64,000 nucleotides of DNA from Candidatus Algichlamydia australiensis (lineage in GTDB: Bacteria > Chlamydiota > Chlamydiia > Chlamydiales > JAJFMI01), in assembly GCA_033977065.1 (NCBI GenBank), contig JAXCHI010000002.1, positions 320,001-384,000 on the forward strand, given 5' to 3'. The notes beneath the pieces were generated by a model that had not been told where the DNA came from, ran no database searches, and saw only the letters and a list, made by a program, of their open reading frames with translations. The position numbers and the translations under genes were made by a program. Positions 33,512 through 42,912 of this stretch are shown here, piece after piece. Within the stretch, counting starts at the first letter, position 1. Each line of letters starts with the position of its first letter.

Positions 33512-34223
33512 CATCGGTAGCTTGTGTCTGCTCCATATATTCTGGTAGCTCTCTTTCCATACGAGCTACCTCTTCTTTAGCTGAAGCACCTAAATCATCA
33601 CCATTTGCAATGAAATAGCCGGTACGGATTGCTGCTTCAGCAAGTTGGCGGCTAAGGACGTAGGCACGAGTCAAATCAAGAGTAATTGTAAACTCATTGA
33701 GGCAGGCTCCCATTTCATGAATCAAAAGATTAAATACCTCTTTTGTTGACTGTGGCAGGCCGTGATAGAGCGAAAAAAATTGCTGTTTATGACCAGAGAC
33801 CAAAAGAACTCCAGCCATGTCGTAGAGATAAAAAGCCATTTCTGCACGATCCTTTATCTCTAGTCCAGAGTAGAGGGTAGGACTCAGTATACTCTCTTTT
33901 TTAGTTTCTCTTCGAAGTCTTGCTTTAGCTACTTCTAATTTGCGGCGCAGTGAAGCTGCAGGAGCAAACTCCTCTTCAAATTGGGTTATATCAAGCAAAA
34001 TTTTTGCTTTTTCACCAGACTCAAGCTCTTTACTCGCACGCTTGATAAGCGCCTCTCCACGCTCATTTTCTGCTTTTATGAACGCTTGATGAAGCAAGCT
34101 GCCGTGGAGCTCATTCTGCTTATCTGTTTGGGGGTTGATTTGGGAAAGTTGTTCAAGGGAAAAGTATATAGAACTTTTTTGAATTCGCTCGAGTTCACGA
34201 GCTACTTTAAAGGCGTTAGCCAT
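33489..34223 (-). CDS. Hypothetical protein
   Basis: 244-codon ORF with a GAGG RBS; no recognisable motif. Confidence 0.6.
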   Translation of the reverse strand: MANAFKVARELERIQKSSIYFSLEQLSQINPQTDKQNELHGSLLHQAFIKAENERGEALIKRASKELESGEKAKILLDITQFEEEFAPAASLRRKLEVAKARLRRETKKESILSPTLYSGLEIKDRAEMAFYLYDMAGVLLVSGHKQQFFSLYHGLPQSTKEVFNLLIHEMGACLNEFTITLDLTRAYVLSRQLAEAAIRTGYFIANGDDLGASAKEEVARMERELPEYMEQTQATDVIQAKFA

Positions 34224-34431
34224 ATTAAACCTCTTATATTTATTATAATTATTATAAAGCTTTATTATGAGATTTATTAAGATCTCTTAATTAACTTTAC
34301 TCCAACTACAATTCATTAGCAAGTCATCGTACATTGATAACTCAGGTTTAATCTTATGTTCGATTTATCGCAAGCAATTTCAGCAAAAAAAGCGCTTCTA
34401 AATCACTTAAAAATAGATGGTTAATAAATTC

Positions 34432-34983
34432 TTAATTGCATGTTCGTTGAATAAAAATAAGTGATGGAGATTTGAGGCGATTTTTCCATTCGATCGATGT
34501 AGAAGTGTATTTATTTTTTGAGATCGAAGAAACAAAATTTGAAATACTCTTTTCTTCAACCGCTCCTTCAGAATGCCCTGGATAACAAGTAATCGAAATC
34601 AAGCCGCCAGGCCTAATGATCTGCAGTGCGTTCTCAATGCTAGCGAGTGTAGACGCAGTCATTGTGGTGACGCTCTTGTCACTCCCAGGTAAATAACCAA
34701 GATTATAGACGATGATCTTGGGAGAGACAGGGGGTAAAACTATGTGAGAGCCATGGTAGAAGTGTGTATTAGAAAGAAAAAATTTCAATTTTGATCGTGT
34801 GTTTTCGATCGCCTCTTTCTGTAGGTCAATGCAGTGCAATTGGCCGGTAGGTGCAATGAGCTGGGCTAAAAAGAGGGAGTCGTTGCCATTGCCGCAGGTA
34901 GCATCTATGGCGATATCGCCAGGTTGTAAGACTTTTTTCCAAAAATCGTGTGCCAAATCTATGTGAGAGCGAAAAAGATTCAT
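34432..34983 (-). CDS. SAM-dependent RNA methyltransferase (YtqB/MnmM-like)
   Basis: Motifs IDATCGNGNDS, YNLGYLPGSDK and YPGHSEG. Confidence 0.88.
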   Translation of the reverse strand: MNLFRSHIDLAHDFWKKVLQPGDIAIDATCGNGNDSLFLAQLIAPTGQLHCIDLQKEAIENTRSKLKFFLSNTHFYHGSHIVLPPVSPKIIVYNLGYLPGSDKSVTTMTASTLASIENALQIIRPGGLISITCYPGHSEGAVEEKSISNFVSSISKNKYTSTSIEWKNRLKSPSLIFIQRTCN

Positions 34984-35024
34984 GGAATTATTCTAGCACA
35001 TTCTGTATGATTGGTTCTACGACC

Positions 35025-35098
35025 GGGGTATTAGCTCAGTTGGTTAGAGCGCCACGTTGACATCGTGGAGGTCAGCTGTTCGAGTCAGCTATATCCCA
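35025..35098 (+). tRNA. tRNA-Val(GAC)
   Basis: Acceptor stem GGGGTAT/ATATCCC-A, D-arm AGCTCAGTTGGTTAGAGC, anticodon arm CCACG-TTGACAT-CGTGG, T-arm AGCTG-TTCGAGT-CAGCT. Confidence 0.96.
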
Positions 35099-35101
35099 AT
35101 T

Positions 35102-36292
35102 TTGAAAAATTCTCTTTCCAACAATCAAACCCTTGCAGAGCTGCTTGCCAGCTCTGTAATGGACCTATTTCCAAAAGCGCAAATTCTCTATACAAGCGGA
35201 TCGCGTGAAGGTTTTTTTACCGATGTAATCTTTCCAGATCCTTTTGCAAAAGAGCAGATGGCGTTTATAGAGCAGCGCATGCGAGAAAAAATTGCAAAGG
35301 GCGTTGAAGTGCGCAAGCTCGACATGTTAGGGGAGAGCCTTACACACTTTCTCAAAGATCAGGGACAGATTGTTGCAGCAGCCCTCCTAAATGATCGTCT
35401 GGGTGAAGTTTTGCCAGTAATTCAAATTGATCGCTATGCGAACCTTTGTGAGCAGCCATTCACAGACGAACTGGATGCTTCATGGTCACCAAAGATAAAA
35501 ACATTTTTCCAATGTGAACCCTTTACGTTTCGCGATCATCAAGAGAGTGTAACAAGAATTAGTGGATTTGAAGGGCAAAAAAGCAAAAAAAAGAGCCATA
35601 TAGATTTGGGAAAACCTCTCTTTTCTTTTTTTCCAAAGAGGCCAGTTACACGAAATGGTTCTGTAGAAATCTTTTGGCATGGAGAAGGAAGCAGGCTCTT
35701 TTCTCAAATCATTTCTTTGTGGAAGCAAGCGAATATTGAGGAAGTGAAGCTCCCTCCTGGTTGTACTCTTAAAGAGTATGTTCAATTTACGGGAAAGAAG
35801 AGTGCAGGGACAATTAGAGAAGAAATTTTCCATAATCAAAATTTTATATATGGTCTTTTAGACCCTTTGCGATCCACTCAAGCCCAGACCATTCAGCTCC
35901 TTCCCAAAAAAAATATTGCGAAAACTCTCATTTCTCTCTTGCAATTCTCTGCAAAGACTTATAAAATGTTAGACTTAAAGTGGCATGCATACTTGACGGT
36001 GCCGACGCAGAGGCTAGATGGCCATGACGCGCTTGTAGAGATCCTAGAGAGCTCAGCGGTAGAAGCTGAAATTGCCCTCGAGAAGAAGTTTGTTCCTGGG
36101 AAGGGTTTGCCAAGGATCTCGCTTAGAGTAAAAGATGTTTTTCAAAAAGAGTGGACTGTATCAACTCTTCTTTTAGAAAAAGTTGAAGGAGATATTCTTC
36201 TTTCACATAAACTTTTTACTTCAATTGAGCGCTTGATCGCGTTGATGCTTGAAAATAGTCAAGGTTTGCCTAGAATTAGTGAGAATTCATGA
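35102..36292 (+). CDS. Degenerate threonyl-tRNA-synthetase-like protein
   Basis: Eroded ThrRS landmarks in the correct order: LAELLASSVMDLFPKAQ, EGFFTD, HIDLGKPLF, IFWHGEG, PRISLRVKDVFQKEWTVST and TSIERLIALMLE. No anticodon-binding domain. TTG start at 35102, just after tRNA-Val. Confidence 0.75.
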   Translation: MKNSLSNNQTLAELLASSVMDLFPKAQILYTSGSREGFFTDVIFPDPFAKEQMAFIEQRMREKIAKGVEVRKLDMLGESLTHFLKDQGQIVAAALLNDRLGEVLPVIQIDRYANLCEQPFTDELDASWSPKIKTFFQCEPFTFRDHQESVTRISGFEGQKSKKKSHIDLGKPLFSFFPKRPVTRNGSVEIFWHGEGSRLFSQIISLWKQANIEEVKLPPGCTLKEYVQFTGKKSAGTIREEIFHNQNFIYGLLDPLRSTQAQTIQLLPKKNIAKTLISLLQFSAKTYKMLDLKWHAYLTVPTQRLDGHDALVEILESSAVEAEIALEKKFVPGKGLPRISLRVKDVFQKEWTVSTLLLEKVEGDILLSHKLFTSIERLIALMLENSQGLPRISENS

Positions 36293-36305
36293 GAGAAACA
36301 GTTAA

Positions 36306-36851
36306 GTGAAAAAGTTCGGAAGTAGAAGACCGACGGGGCCGCGCCAAAGAGTGAACCGCGATGTGCGAGCACCAAAAGTGCGTGTGATAGGTCCAAATGG
36401 AGATCAGCTTGGAGTTATGTCCTCGCGAGATGCCCAGTTTAAAGCCCAAAATTTAGGCTTAGATTTAGTAGAAATCTCTCCGAACGCAAGTCCGCCAGTT
36501 TGTAAGATCCTTGATTATGGAAAGTACAAATACGAGCAGACAAAGAAAGAGAAAGAGAGCAAAAAATTGCAGCATCAGATCAAGATCAAAGAGATCAAGG
36601 TCAAACCAAATATTGACACTCATGATCTTGAAGTGAAACTGAAGCGAGCAAGAGATTTTATTGAGAAAGGAAATAAGGTGAAGGTAACCTGCATGTTCCG
36701 TGGACGCGAAATGGCGCACAAGGACGTGGGAAAGCGTGTTGTGGATAAAGTTTGTGAAGAACTATCTGATATTGCTGATGCAGAAGCACAAGCAAAGCAG
36801 ATGGGTCGCAACCTCTCTCTGACCTTAGCGCCAAAGCGAAAGAAGTTATGA
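36306..36851 (+). CDS. infC: Translation initiation factor IF-3
   Basis: Motifs LDLVEISPNASPPVCKILDYGKYKY and FRGRE. Confidence 0.97.
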   Translation: MKKFGSRRPTGPRQRVNRDVRAPKVRVIGPNGDQLGVMSSRDAQFKAQNLGLDLVEISPNASPPVCKILDYGKYKYEQTKKEKESKKLQHQIKIKEIKVKPNIDTHDLEVKLKRARDFIEKGNKVKVTCMFRGREMAHKDVGKRVVDKVCEELSDIADAEAQAKQMGRNLSLTLAPKRKKL

Positions 36852-37051
36852 CAAAAGTAAAAGCAAAAACAAAGAAAGCAGTAAAAGCAAGATTCAAGCT
36901 CACAGGGGCAGGAAAGTTGTTGCGCAGCCGACAAGGCAAGCGCCACATCCTATCTAAAAAGAGCTCAAAGAGGAAACGTCATTTGGGAAACCGTGCGCTA
37001 GTTGCCACATCTCACTTGAACCTCTACAAACGATTGATTAAAGGAGTATAG
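36848..37051 (+). CDS. rpmI: 50S ribosomal protein L35
   Basis: KTKKAVKARFKLTGAGK..HILSKKS; operon position. Confidence 0.95.
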   Translation: MTKVKAKTKKAVKARFKLTGAGKLLRSRQGKRHILSKKSSKRKRHLGNRALVATSHLNLYKRLIKGV

Positions 37052-37057
37052 TCCAAA

Positions 37058-37417
37058 ATGGCTAGAGTAACATCTGCGGTAGCGTCGCGTCGTCGTCGCA
37101 AGCGCATCTTAAAAAGAGCAAAAGGTTTTGTGGGCGACCGCAAAAACCACCTGCGCCTTTCAAAAGACGCAGTGATGAAGGCGCTCGCATTTAACTATCG
37201 CGATCGCAAAAACAAAAAGCGCAATTTCCGCCGTTTATGGCAAATTCGCATTAACGTAGCGTCACGAGTAAACGGTATTTCATACAGCCGTCTAATCGAT
37301 GGTTTGAATAAAGCAGGCTGTGAGATCAACCGAAAAATGCTTGCTGATATGGCGGTACGTGATCCTGCAAGCTTTGCTCAAGTAGCAACCACTGCAAAAG
37401 AGGCGCTTGTAAGCTAA
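37058..37417 (+). CDS. rplT: 50S ribosomal protein L20
   Basis: Motifs MARVT, YRDRKNKKRNFRRLWQIRIN and NRKMLAD. Confidence 0.97.
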   Translation: MARVTSAVASRRRRKRILKRAKGFVGDRKNHLRLSKDAVMKALAFNYRDRKNKKRNFRRLWQIRINVASRVNGISYSRLIDGLNKAGCEINRKMLADMAVRDPASFAQVATTAKEALVS

Positions 37418-37418
37418 C

Positions 37419-38438
37419 GTGTTAGACCGGATTCAAAAACTCAAAGAATCCTATAAAAGCGAACTGGATCAGGTAAAGAAAAGTCGAGACTTAGAAGATC
37501 TAAAAGTCAAATATCTCGGCCGTAAAGGCCCGATCCAGGCGCTGATGCAGTCCTTGCGTGACATGCCAGCTGATCAGCGCCCACAAATGGGCAAAGTGAT
37601 CAACGAGCTTAAGCAAACCATTACCCTTGATCTAGACGATCGTCTAAACACCCTCATCCAACAAGAGCGAAACGCGCAGATCTCTTCTGAATCCGTTGAT
37701 ATCTCCCTGCCTGGTCGCAAAAAATCTCCAGGTCGTATCCATCCACTTTCGCAGATGATGGATGAAATCCTCGCAGTTCTCATAGAAATGGGGTTTACTG
37801 TTCAAGAGACACCAGAAATTGAGTCAGAGTATTACAATTACGGTGGCCTCAATTATCCTCCTGATCATCCTGCGCGCGATATGCAAGATACCTTCTACCT
37901 CGCTCCCGAAATTCTTCTCCGCTCGCATAACACGAACGTGCAACAGCGCGTGATGGAGCATCACAACCCGCCCATAAGGATCTGTTCTCATGGAAAGTGT
38001 TATCGCAATGAGACGATCACATCTCGCTCTCACGTACTCTTCCATCAAGTGGATGTGCTCTATATCGATAAAAATGTCTCCTTTGCTGATCTGCTCGCAA
38101 CAAAAAAAGCCTTTTTTGAAAAACTCCTAGGACACGAAGTGGAACTTCGCGTACGTCCTAGCTATTTTCCCTTTGTTGAACCAGGCATGGAAGTGGACAT
38201 CCGTTGCACCTCTTGTCAAGGCAAAGGTTGCCGCCTCTGTAAAGAGACAGGCTGGCTAGAAGTTTCTGGAGCGGGTATGGTCCATCCTGAAGTTCTGAAA
38301 GAGGGAGGCGTTGATCCTGAACACTACTCAGGATTTGCTTGGGGTGGGGGAGTTGAGAGACTTTTCATGCTACGTCATGGAGTTACAGACATCCGCCTCT
38401 TTACAGATAACGACATGCGCTTCCTCTCCCAATTCTAA
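37419..38438 (+). CDS. pheS: Phenylalanine-tRNA ligase alpha subunit
   Basis: Motifs HPARDMQDTF, FHQV, RPSYFPFVEP, GMVHPEVL and GVERL. Confidence 0.97.
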   Translation: MLDRIQKLKESYKSELDQVKKSRDLEDLKVKYLGRKGPIQALMQSLRDMPADQRPQMGKVINELKQTITLDLDDRLNTLIQQERNAQISSESVDISLPGRKKSPGRIHPLSQMMDEILAVLIEMGFTVQETPEIESEYYNYGGLNYPPDHPARDMQDTFYLAPEILLRSHNTNVQQRVMEHHNPPIRICSHGKCYRNETITSRSHVLFHQVDVLYIDKNVSFADLLATKKAFFEKLLGHEVELRVRPSYFPFVEPGMEVDIRCTSCQGKGCRLCKETGWLEVSGAGMVHPEVLKEGGVDPEHYSGFAWGGGVERLFMLRHGVTDIRLFTDNDMRFLSQF

Positions 38439-38519
38439 AACTTCTTCCTTTGCCCCCATTTCAATAAATGATTAGGAACTTCCAAAATAGTTGCTCATTA
38501 GCTATACTCTTGCCTATGC

Positions 38520-38830
38520 GGCAGAGTGGCCAGGAAGGGTTAAAAAGCTGCTCTCTTTGATCGCAATTTTTAAATTGAGAATAGATTGGTTTTGGAGAAT
38601 GAAGTGAACTGTATCAAGTTCACGAGTTCGAAAAATCGATATAGGCCAATTTAAAAACTGTGGTCAAAAAGTCTGAGCTTTTTAGGACTTCCCGATGCGT
38701 CTGTCTTGAAAACAGAAGTGCCGCAAGGTACCGGGGGTTCGACGGCCAGCAATGCTGGACGGGGCTTTCGAGCGAAGTGAGGAAGAGCCCGAAGGGCCGG
38801 AGGGCGTAAGCCCGGAGCCAATCCCTCCTC
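38520..38830 (+). pseudogene. Interrupted duplicate of tRNA-Ser(TGA)
   Basis: D-arm fragment ggcagagtggcc (38520-38531), a 160-bp palindromic insert, then an exact copy of the anticodon and variable arms (to 38742), a 78-nt T-loop insert, and atccctcctc. A diverged copy of the tRNA promoter lies upstream. Confidence 0.85.
38533..38692. mobile_element. Palindromic RPE/MITE-like element (family 1, copy A)
   Basis: Imperfect TIRs ggaagggttaaaaagct / agctttttaggacttcc. It is a long imperfect hairpin homologous to 61284-61433. Confidence 0.75.
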
Positions 38831-38889
38831 GGTGTTATCGATAAAAAACTTTCAAAATAGCTGCTGATTAGCTATACTTTGATCTATCT

Positions 38890-38974
38890 GGAAGAGTGGC
38901 AGAGTGGCCGAATGCGTCTGTCTTGAAAACAGAAGTGCCGCAAGGTACCGGGGGTTCGAATCCCTCCTCTTCCG
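38890..38974 (+). tRNA. tRNA-Ser(TGA)
   Basis: Acceptor stem GGAAGAG/CTCTTCC-G, anticodon arm TCTGT-CTTGAAA-ACAGA, long variable arm, GGTTCGAATCC. TATACT -10 element at 38873. Confidence 0.97.
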
Positions 38975-39567
38975 AATTTATCGATACAATCTTCAATAAT
39001 AAAATTGTGATACATGCGAATTTGGGATGAGAACCCAAGGGGTTCGACGGCCAGCATTGCTGGACGGGGCTTTCGAACGAAGAGAGAAAGAGCCCGAAGG
39101 GCCGGAGGACGTAGTCCGTAGCCAATCCCTCCTCTTCCGAATTTATCGATACAATCTTCAATAATAAAATTGTGATACATGCGAATTTGGGATGAGAACC
39201 CAAGGGGTTCGACGGCCAGCATTGCTGGACGGGGCTTTCGAACGAAGAGAGAAAGAGCCCGAAGGGCCGGAGGACGTAGTCCGTAGCCAATCCCTCCTCT
39301 TCCGAATTTATCGATACAATCTTCAATAATAAAATTGTGATACATGCGAATTTGGGATGAGAACCCAAGGGGTTCGACGGCCAGCAATGCTGGACGGGGC
39401 TTTCGAACGAAGAGAGAAAGAGCCCGAAGGGCCGGAGGACGTAGTCCGTAGCCAATCCCTCCTCTTCCGAATTTATCGATACAATCTTCAATAAAACAAT
39501 TAGGATACAGGTAAGCTTGGGATGAGAACCCGTGGGTTCGACGGCCAGCATTGCTGGACGGGGCTTC
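38975..39567 (+). repeat. tRNA-linked tandem repeat, 165-bp unit, about 3.6 copies
   Basis: Units start at 38975, 39140, 39305 and 39470 (partial). Each full unit ends in the tRNA-Ser 3' end AATCCCTCCTCTTCCG. Confidence 0.95.
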
Positions 39568-39786
39568 CAAGCTTATGGGAGATCAAAAGACTGCTCACGA
39601 GATACTCATTGAGTTTTTTAGAATTTTCGGCTCGACCTATCGGTACAGCAGTTATTCAGTGCTTCCTTAAGGAAGTTATTTAAGAATTATTTATTTTTTG
39701 GTATCATTGTTGTCTAAAGGATGTTTTGTATCCTAAAAATCCATTTAATTATAGAATTATAACTATTTTTATAAAAAGGTTTTTTT

Positions 39787-40782
39787 ATGAATAAAGAGAT
39801 AAATATTGAGTTAATAGGTGTTGGAAAATACTTACCTTCAAGAAAGGTTGCAGCTTCTGGAATTGATAATACATTAAAAACGAAATTAGGCTGGTCTCTC
39901 AATGCAACAGGAGTAAAATATCGTTTCTTTTCAGATGGTGAAACTTCTTCTGAAATGGGTGCTAAAGCAATAAATGAAGCAATAAAAAACACTAATATTT
40001 CCAAATTTGATTTTGACGCACTCGTTAGCGTAGGTGGAACAACACAGCAGCCAATTCCTTGTACAGCATCATTAATTGCAGCTCAACTTGGCTTAAGAAA
40101 AGGATTGATTGCTTTTGATGTTAACGCTACTTGTTTAGGATTTCTTGTTGCACTTGATCTTTTAGCAAAACAAATTTCTCTTGGCTGTTATAACAGAGTG
40201 GCACTTGTTGCTTCTGAAATTGCTTCTGAAGGTCTAAACTGGCAGCAAAAAGAGAGTGCAGCTCTTTTTGGTGACGGCGCTGCAGCCGTTATTATTGGTC
40301 CAGGAAAAAAAGGAGGGAGCAAAATCATTGCAAGCCACTTTGAAACCTATTCTGAAGGTGTAGAGTTTTGCCAAATTCGCGGTGGTTCCGCAAAGCTACA
40401 TGCAAAGTATCACTCTAAAGAAAATAGCTCAGAATACTTGTTTGATATGCATGGCTCTAGCTTATTTAAGCTGGTCATGAAAAAATTGCCTAGTTTTCTT
40501 AAGGATCTTCTTGCGCAAGCAAATCTTGCTTTAAGTGATATTGATCTTGTAATTCCCCACCAAGCAAGTTTATCTGCTCTGACTTTGTTAAGAAAACGTC
40601 TTGGCCTTTCTGAAAAAAAATTCTTTATTAACGTTCACGAGCACGGAAATATTATTTCAGCTTCTATTCCATTAGCTTTGCATGATGCACTTAATCAAGA
40701 TCGAATTCAACGTGGTAATAAAGTTCTGCTTCTAGGTTCTTCAGCAGGAGTCTCTTTAGGAGGAGTGGTTCTTGAGTATTAG
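39787..40782 (+). CDS. 3-oxoacyl-ACP synthase III (FabH/OleA-like)
   Basis: Catalytic Cys (NATCLGF), His (PHQAS) and Asn (HGN); FGDGAAA. Confidence 0.9.
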   Translation: MNKEINIELIGVGKYLPSRKVAASGIDNTLKTKLGWSLNATGVKYRFFSDGETSSEMGAKAINEAIKNTNISKFDFDALVSVGGTTQQPIPCTASLIAAQLGLRKGLIAFDVNATCLGFLVALDLLAKQISLGCYNRVALVASEIASEGLNWQQKESAALFGDGAAAVIIGPGKKGGSKIIASHFETYSEGVEFCQIRGGSAKLHAKYHSKENSSEYLFDMHGSSLFKLVMKKLPSFLKDLLAQANLALSDIDLVIPHQASLSALTLLRKRLGLSEKKFFINVHEHGNIISASIPLALHDALNQDRIQRGNKVLLLGSSAGVSLGGVVLEY

Positions 40783-41923
40783 CAAAACCATTCTTATTAC
40801 TGGAGCTCGAGCTCCAGTTGCGTTAGACTTGGCCCGTTTGTTATCTGCAAGCGGTGCTCGGGTTATGGTTGCTGAGACGAGTAAAAAACATTTATGCCGT
40901 TTTTCAAATGCAGTAGAGAGGAGTTTTGTGGTTCCTGCTCCCATTTACAGTTCAAAACATTTTACAAATGCAATTATTGAACTTGTTAAATGCCATCAAA
41001 TTGATGTGATTGTACCAATGTGCGAAGAAGTATTCTTTTTAGCAGAAAGGCATAGTGACATTTCTTCAATTTGTACTCTTCTCTGCGATCCATTATCAAA
41101 ACTTGAGCCTCTTCATAACAAAGAGAAATTTATTAAATTATTAGAGAATATAGGCTTGCCTTTTCCTGAAACTGTTTTGTTAACATCTAAAAATGCTGTC
41201 AAATCTGCGGCTGAAAGATGGAAAAAAACAGTATTTAAACCAGTCTATTCTCGTTTTGCTCGGCAAGTAGTAATTTGTGAAGGAGAAAATACAGCTAAGG
41301 CAGAGTCTATCATCCCTACAAAAAGTCAACCATGGATCGCTCAAGAATTTATTGAAGGTAGGCGTCTTTGTTCTTATGGCTTTGCGCGTAATGGCAAGCT
41401 CTTAGCCCATGTCACCTATCCTGTAGAATATTGTGTAGGTGAAACGGGATCTGCTCTTGCTTTTAGAAGTATTGAACATTCACTATCATTTCAATTTGTC
41501 CAAAATTTAGTTAAGTTTCTTAATTTTACAGGTCAAATCAGTCTAGATTTTATCGAAAGGCATGATGGAACTCTTGTCGCAATTGAATGTAACCCACGAG
41601 CAACTAGTGGCCTGCATCTATTCAATTCATCTGACAAACTTCCTTCTGCCATGATTGAAGGTAAGCATGTCGCATATTTACCTGAAGGTCGAAAAGGACA
41701 ACTGTTAATTCCTCTGCTTTTATTGGGAGGGATAAAGTTAAAGCCTAAAAAATTATTAAATATATTTTTCTTTGGTAGAGATGTAATATTTTCCCTAAAA
41801 GATATTTTACCTGCTCTCTTCTCACCCTTGCTTCTGATCTATTACGCTTTGCAAGGATATAGAAAAAACATGACGATTACAGAGGTATCTACATATGATA
41901 TCGAATGGAATGGGGGTTTATGA
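40772..41923 (+). CDS. ATP-grasp domain protein
   Basis: Motifs ITGARAPVALDLAR, LHNKEKF, KPVYSRF, QEFIEG and IECNPRATSG. Confidence 0.85.
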   Translation: MSISKTILITGARAPVALDLARLLSASGARVMVAETSKKHLCRFSNAVERSFVVPAPIYSSKHFTNAIIELVKCHQIDVIVPMCEEVFFLAERHSDISSICTLLCDPLSKLEPLHNKEKFIKLLENIGLPFPETVLLTSKNAVKSAAERWKKTVFKPVYSRFARQVVICEGENTAKAESIIPTKSQPWIAQEFIEGRRLCSYGFARNGKLLAHVTYPVEYCVGETGSALAFRSIEHSLSFQFVQNLVKFLNFTGQISLDFIERHDGTLVAIECNPRATSGLHLFNSSDKLPSAMIEGKHVAYLPEGRKGQLLIPLLLLGGIKLKPKKLLNIFFFGRDVIFSLKDILPALFSPLLLIYYALQGYRKNMTITEVSTYDIEWNGGL

Positions 41924-42912
41924 GAGTAGCTGTCACAGGTGCAACGGGTTTTTTAGGACAACAAATTGTTGCGAAATTACTAAAGAAAAAGTGTGATGTT
42001 ATCGCTTTAGGTCGCAATAAAAAAATTGGCTCAAATCTTGGAGAAATGGGCGCAAGGTTTGTGAAAGCAGACTTAAATTCTTGGAAGGAGATGGCTTGTG
42101 CTTTTGATGGTTGTTCTGCTGTCATTCACTCTGCTGCACTCTCTTCCCCATGGGGTTCAAAAAGAGCTTTTTATGAAGCTAATGTTCTTGGAACTCGAAA
42201 TGTTTTAAGAGCAATAGAATTTTCTAATGTTCAACGAATCGTCCATATCTCAACTCCAAGCGTATATTTTGATTATACAGATCGTTTGCAGATTTCTGAA
42301 GATGAGCAATTACCGCGAAAGATGGTGAATCAATATGCTCGATCAAAGTTGGAAGCTGAAAAAATTGTTATGAAGGCTTTTGAGCAAGGGCTTGAGACAA
42401 TAATCATTAGGCCTCGCGCACTATTCGGCCCTGGCGATACAACTCTTTTTCCTCGACTAATTAAGGCAAATAATTTGATTGGTATTCCTATTACAAATCC
42501 TAAACCAATTTTGACAGACCTGACGTATGTCGAAAACGCAGCAGACGCTGCTTTGCTCTGTTTAAACGCTTCTCGAATTTGTTTGGGAAAAGCTTATAAC
42601 ATTACAGATGGGGAGCCCACTTCATTAGAAGAGCTCCTCAAAGGCCTATTTTCTTCGTTGAATGTTTTTTTTCGTAAGCGACGAGTCCCATACTCACTTG
42701 CATTTGGTTTGGCTCTTTTTTCGGAAGGAATTGGAACTTTGATTGGCAAAGAACCAAGTTTAACAAGATATGGAATAGGGGTTCTTAGTAGGAGCATGAC
42801 CCTCGATATATCACGAGCCAAAATGGAACTTGGGTACCATCCACAGGTTCGTACTCAAGAAGGGATTGCACGCTTCATATGCTGGTGGAAATCGGGTGGT
42901 GCTAATGGTTAA
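41920..42912 (+). CDS. NAD-dependent epimerase / 3-beta-HSD-like SDR (OleD-like)
   Basis: Motifs GATGFLG, HSAALSSPWG, YARSK and RPRALFGPGD. Confidence 0.9.
   Translation: MRVAVTGATGFLGQQIVAKLLKKKCDVIALGRNKKIGSNLGEMGARFVKADLNSWKEMACAFDGCSAVIHSAALSSPWGSKRAFYEANVLGTRNVLRAIEFSNVQRIVHISTPSVYFDYTDRLQISEDEQLPRKMVNQYARSKLEAEKIVMKAFEQGLETIIIRPRALFGPGDTTLFPRLIKANNLIGIPITNPKPILTDLTYVENAADAALLCLNASRICLGKAYNITDGEPTSLEELLKGLFSSLNVFFRKRRVPYSLAFGLALFSEGIGTLIGKEPSLTRYGIGVLSRSMTLDISRAKMELGYHPQVRTQEGIARFICWWKSGGANG

Noticed and set aside
35057..35101. N-terminal extension of the 411-aa ORF
   Set aside because: It lies inside tRNA-Val; the TTG at 35102 is the more plausible start.
38975..39567. Possible CRISPR array
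   Set aside because: The segments between conserved motifs are identical rather than unique spacers, the unit is 165 bp, and no cas genes are present in the window.
38868..39570. 227-aa and 228-aa minus-strand ORFs
   Set aside because: They are shadow translations of tRNA-Ser and its 165-bp repeat (a multiple of 3); EEEGFEPP is a typical antisense-tRNA artefact.
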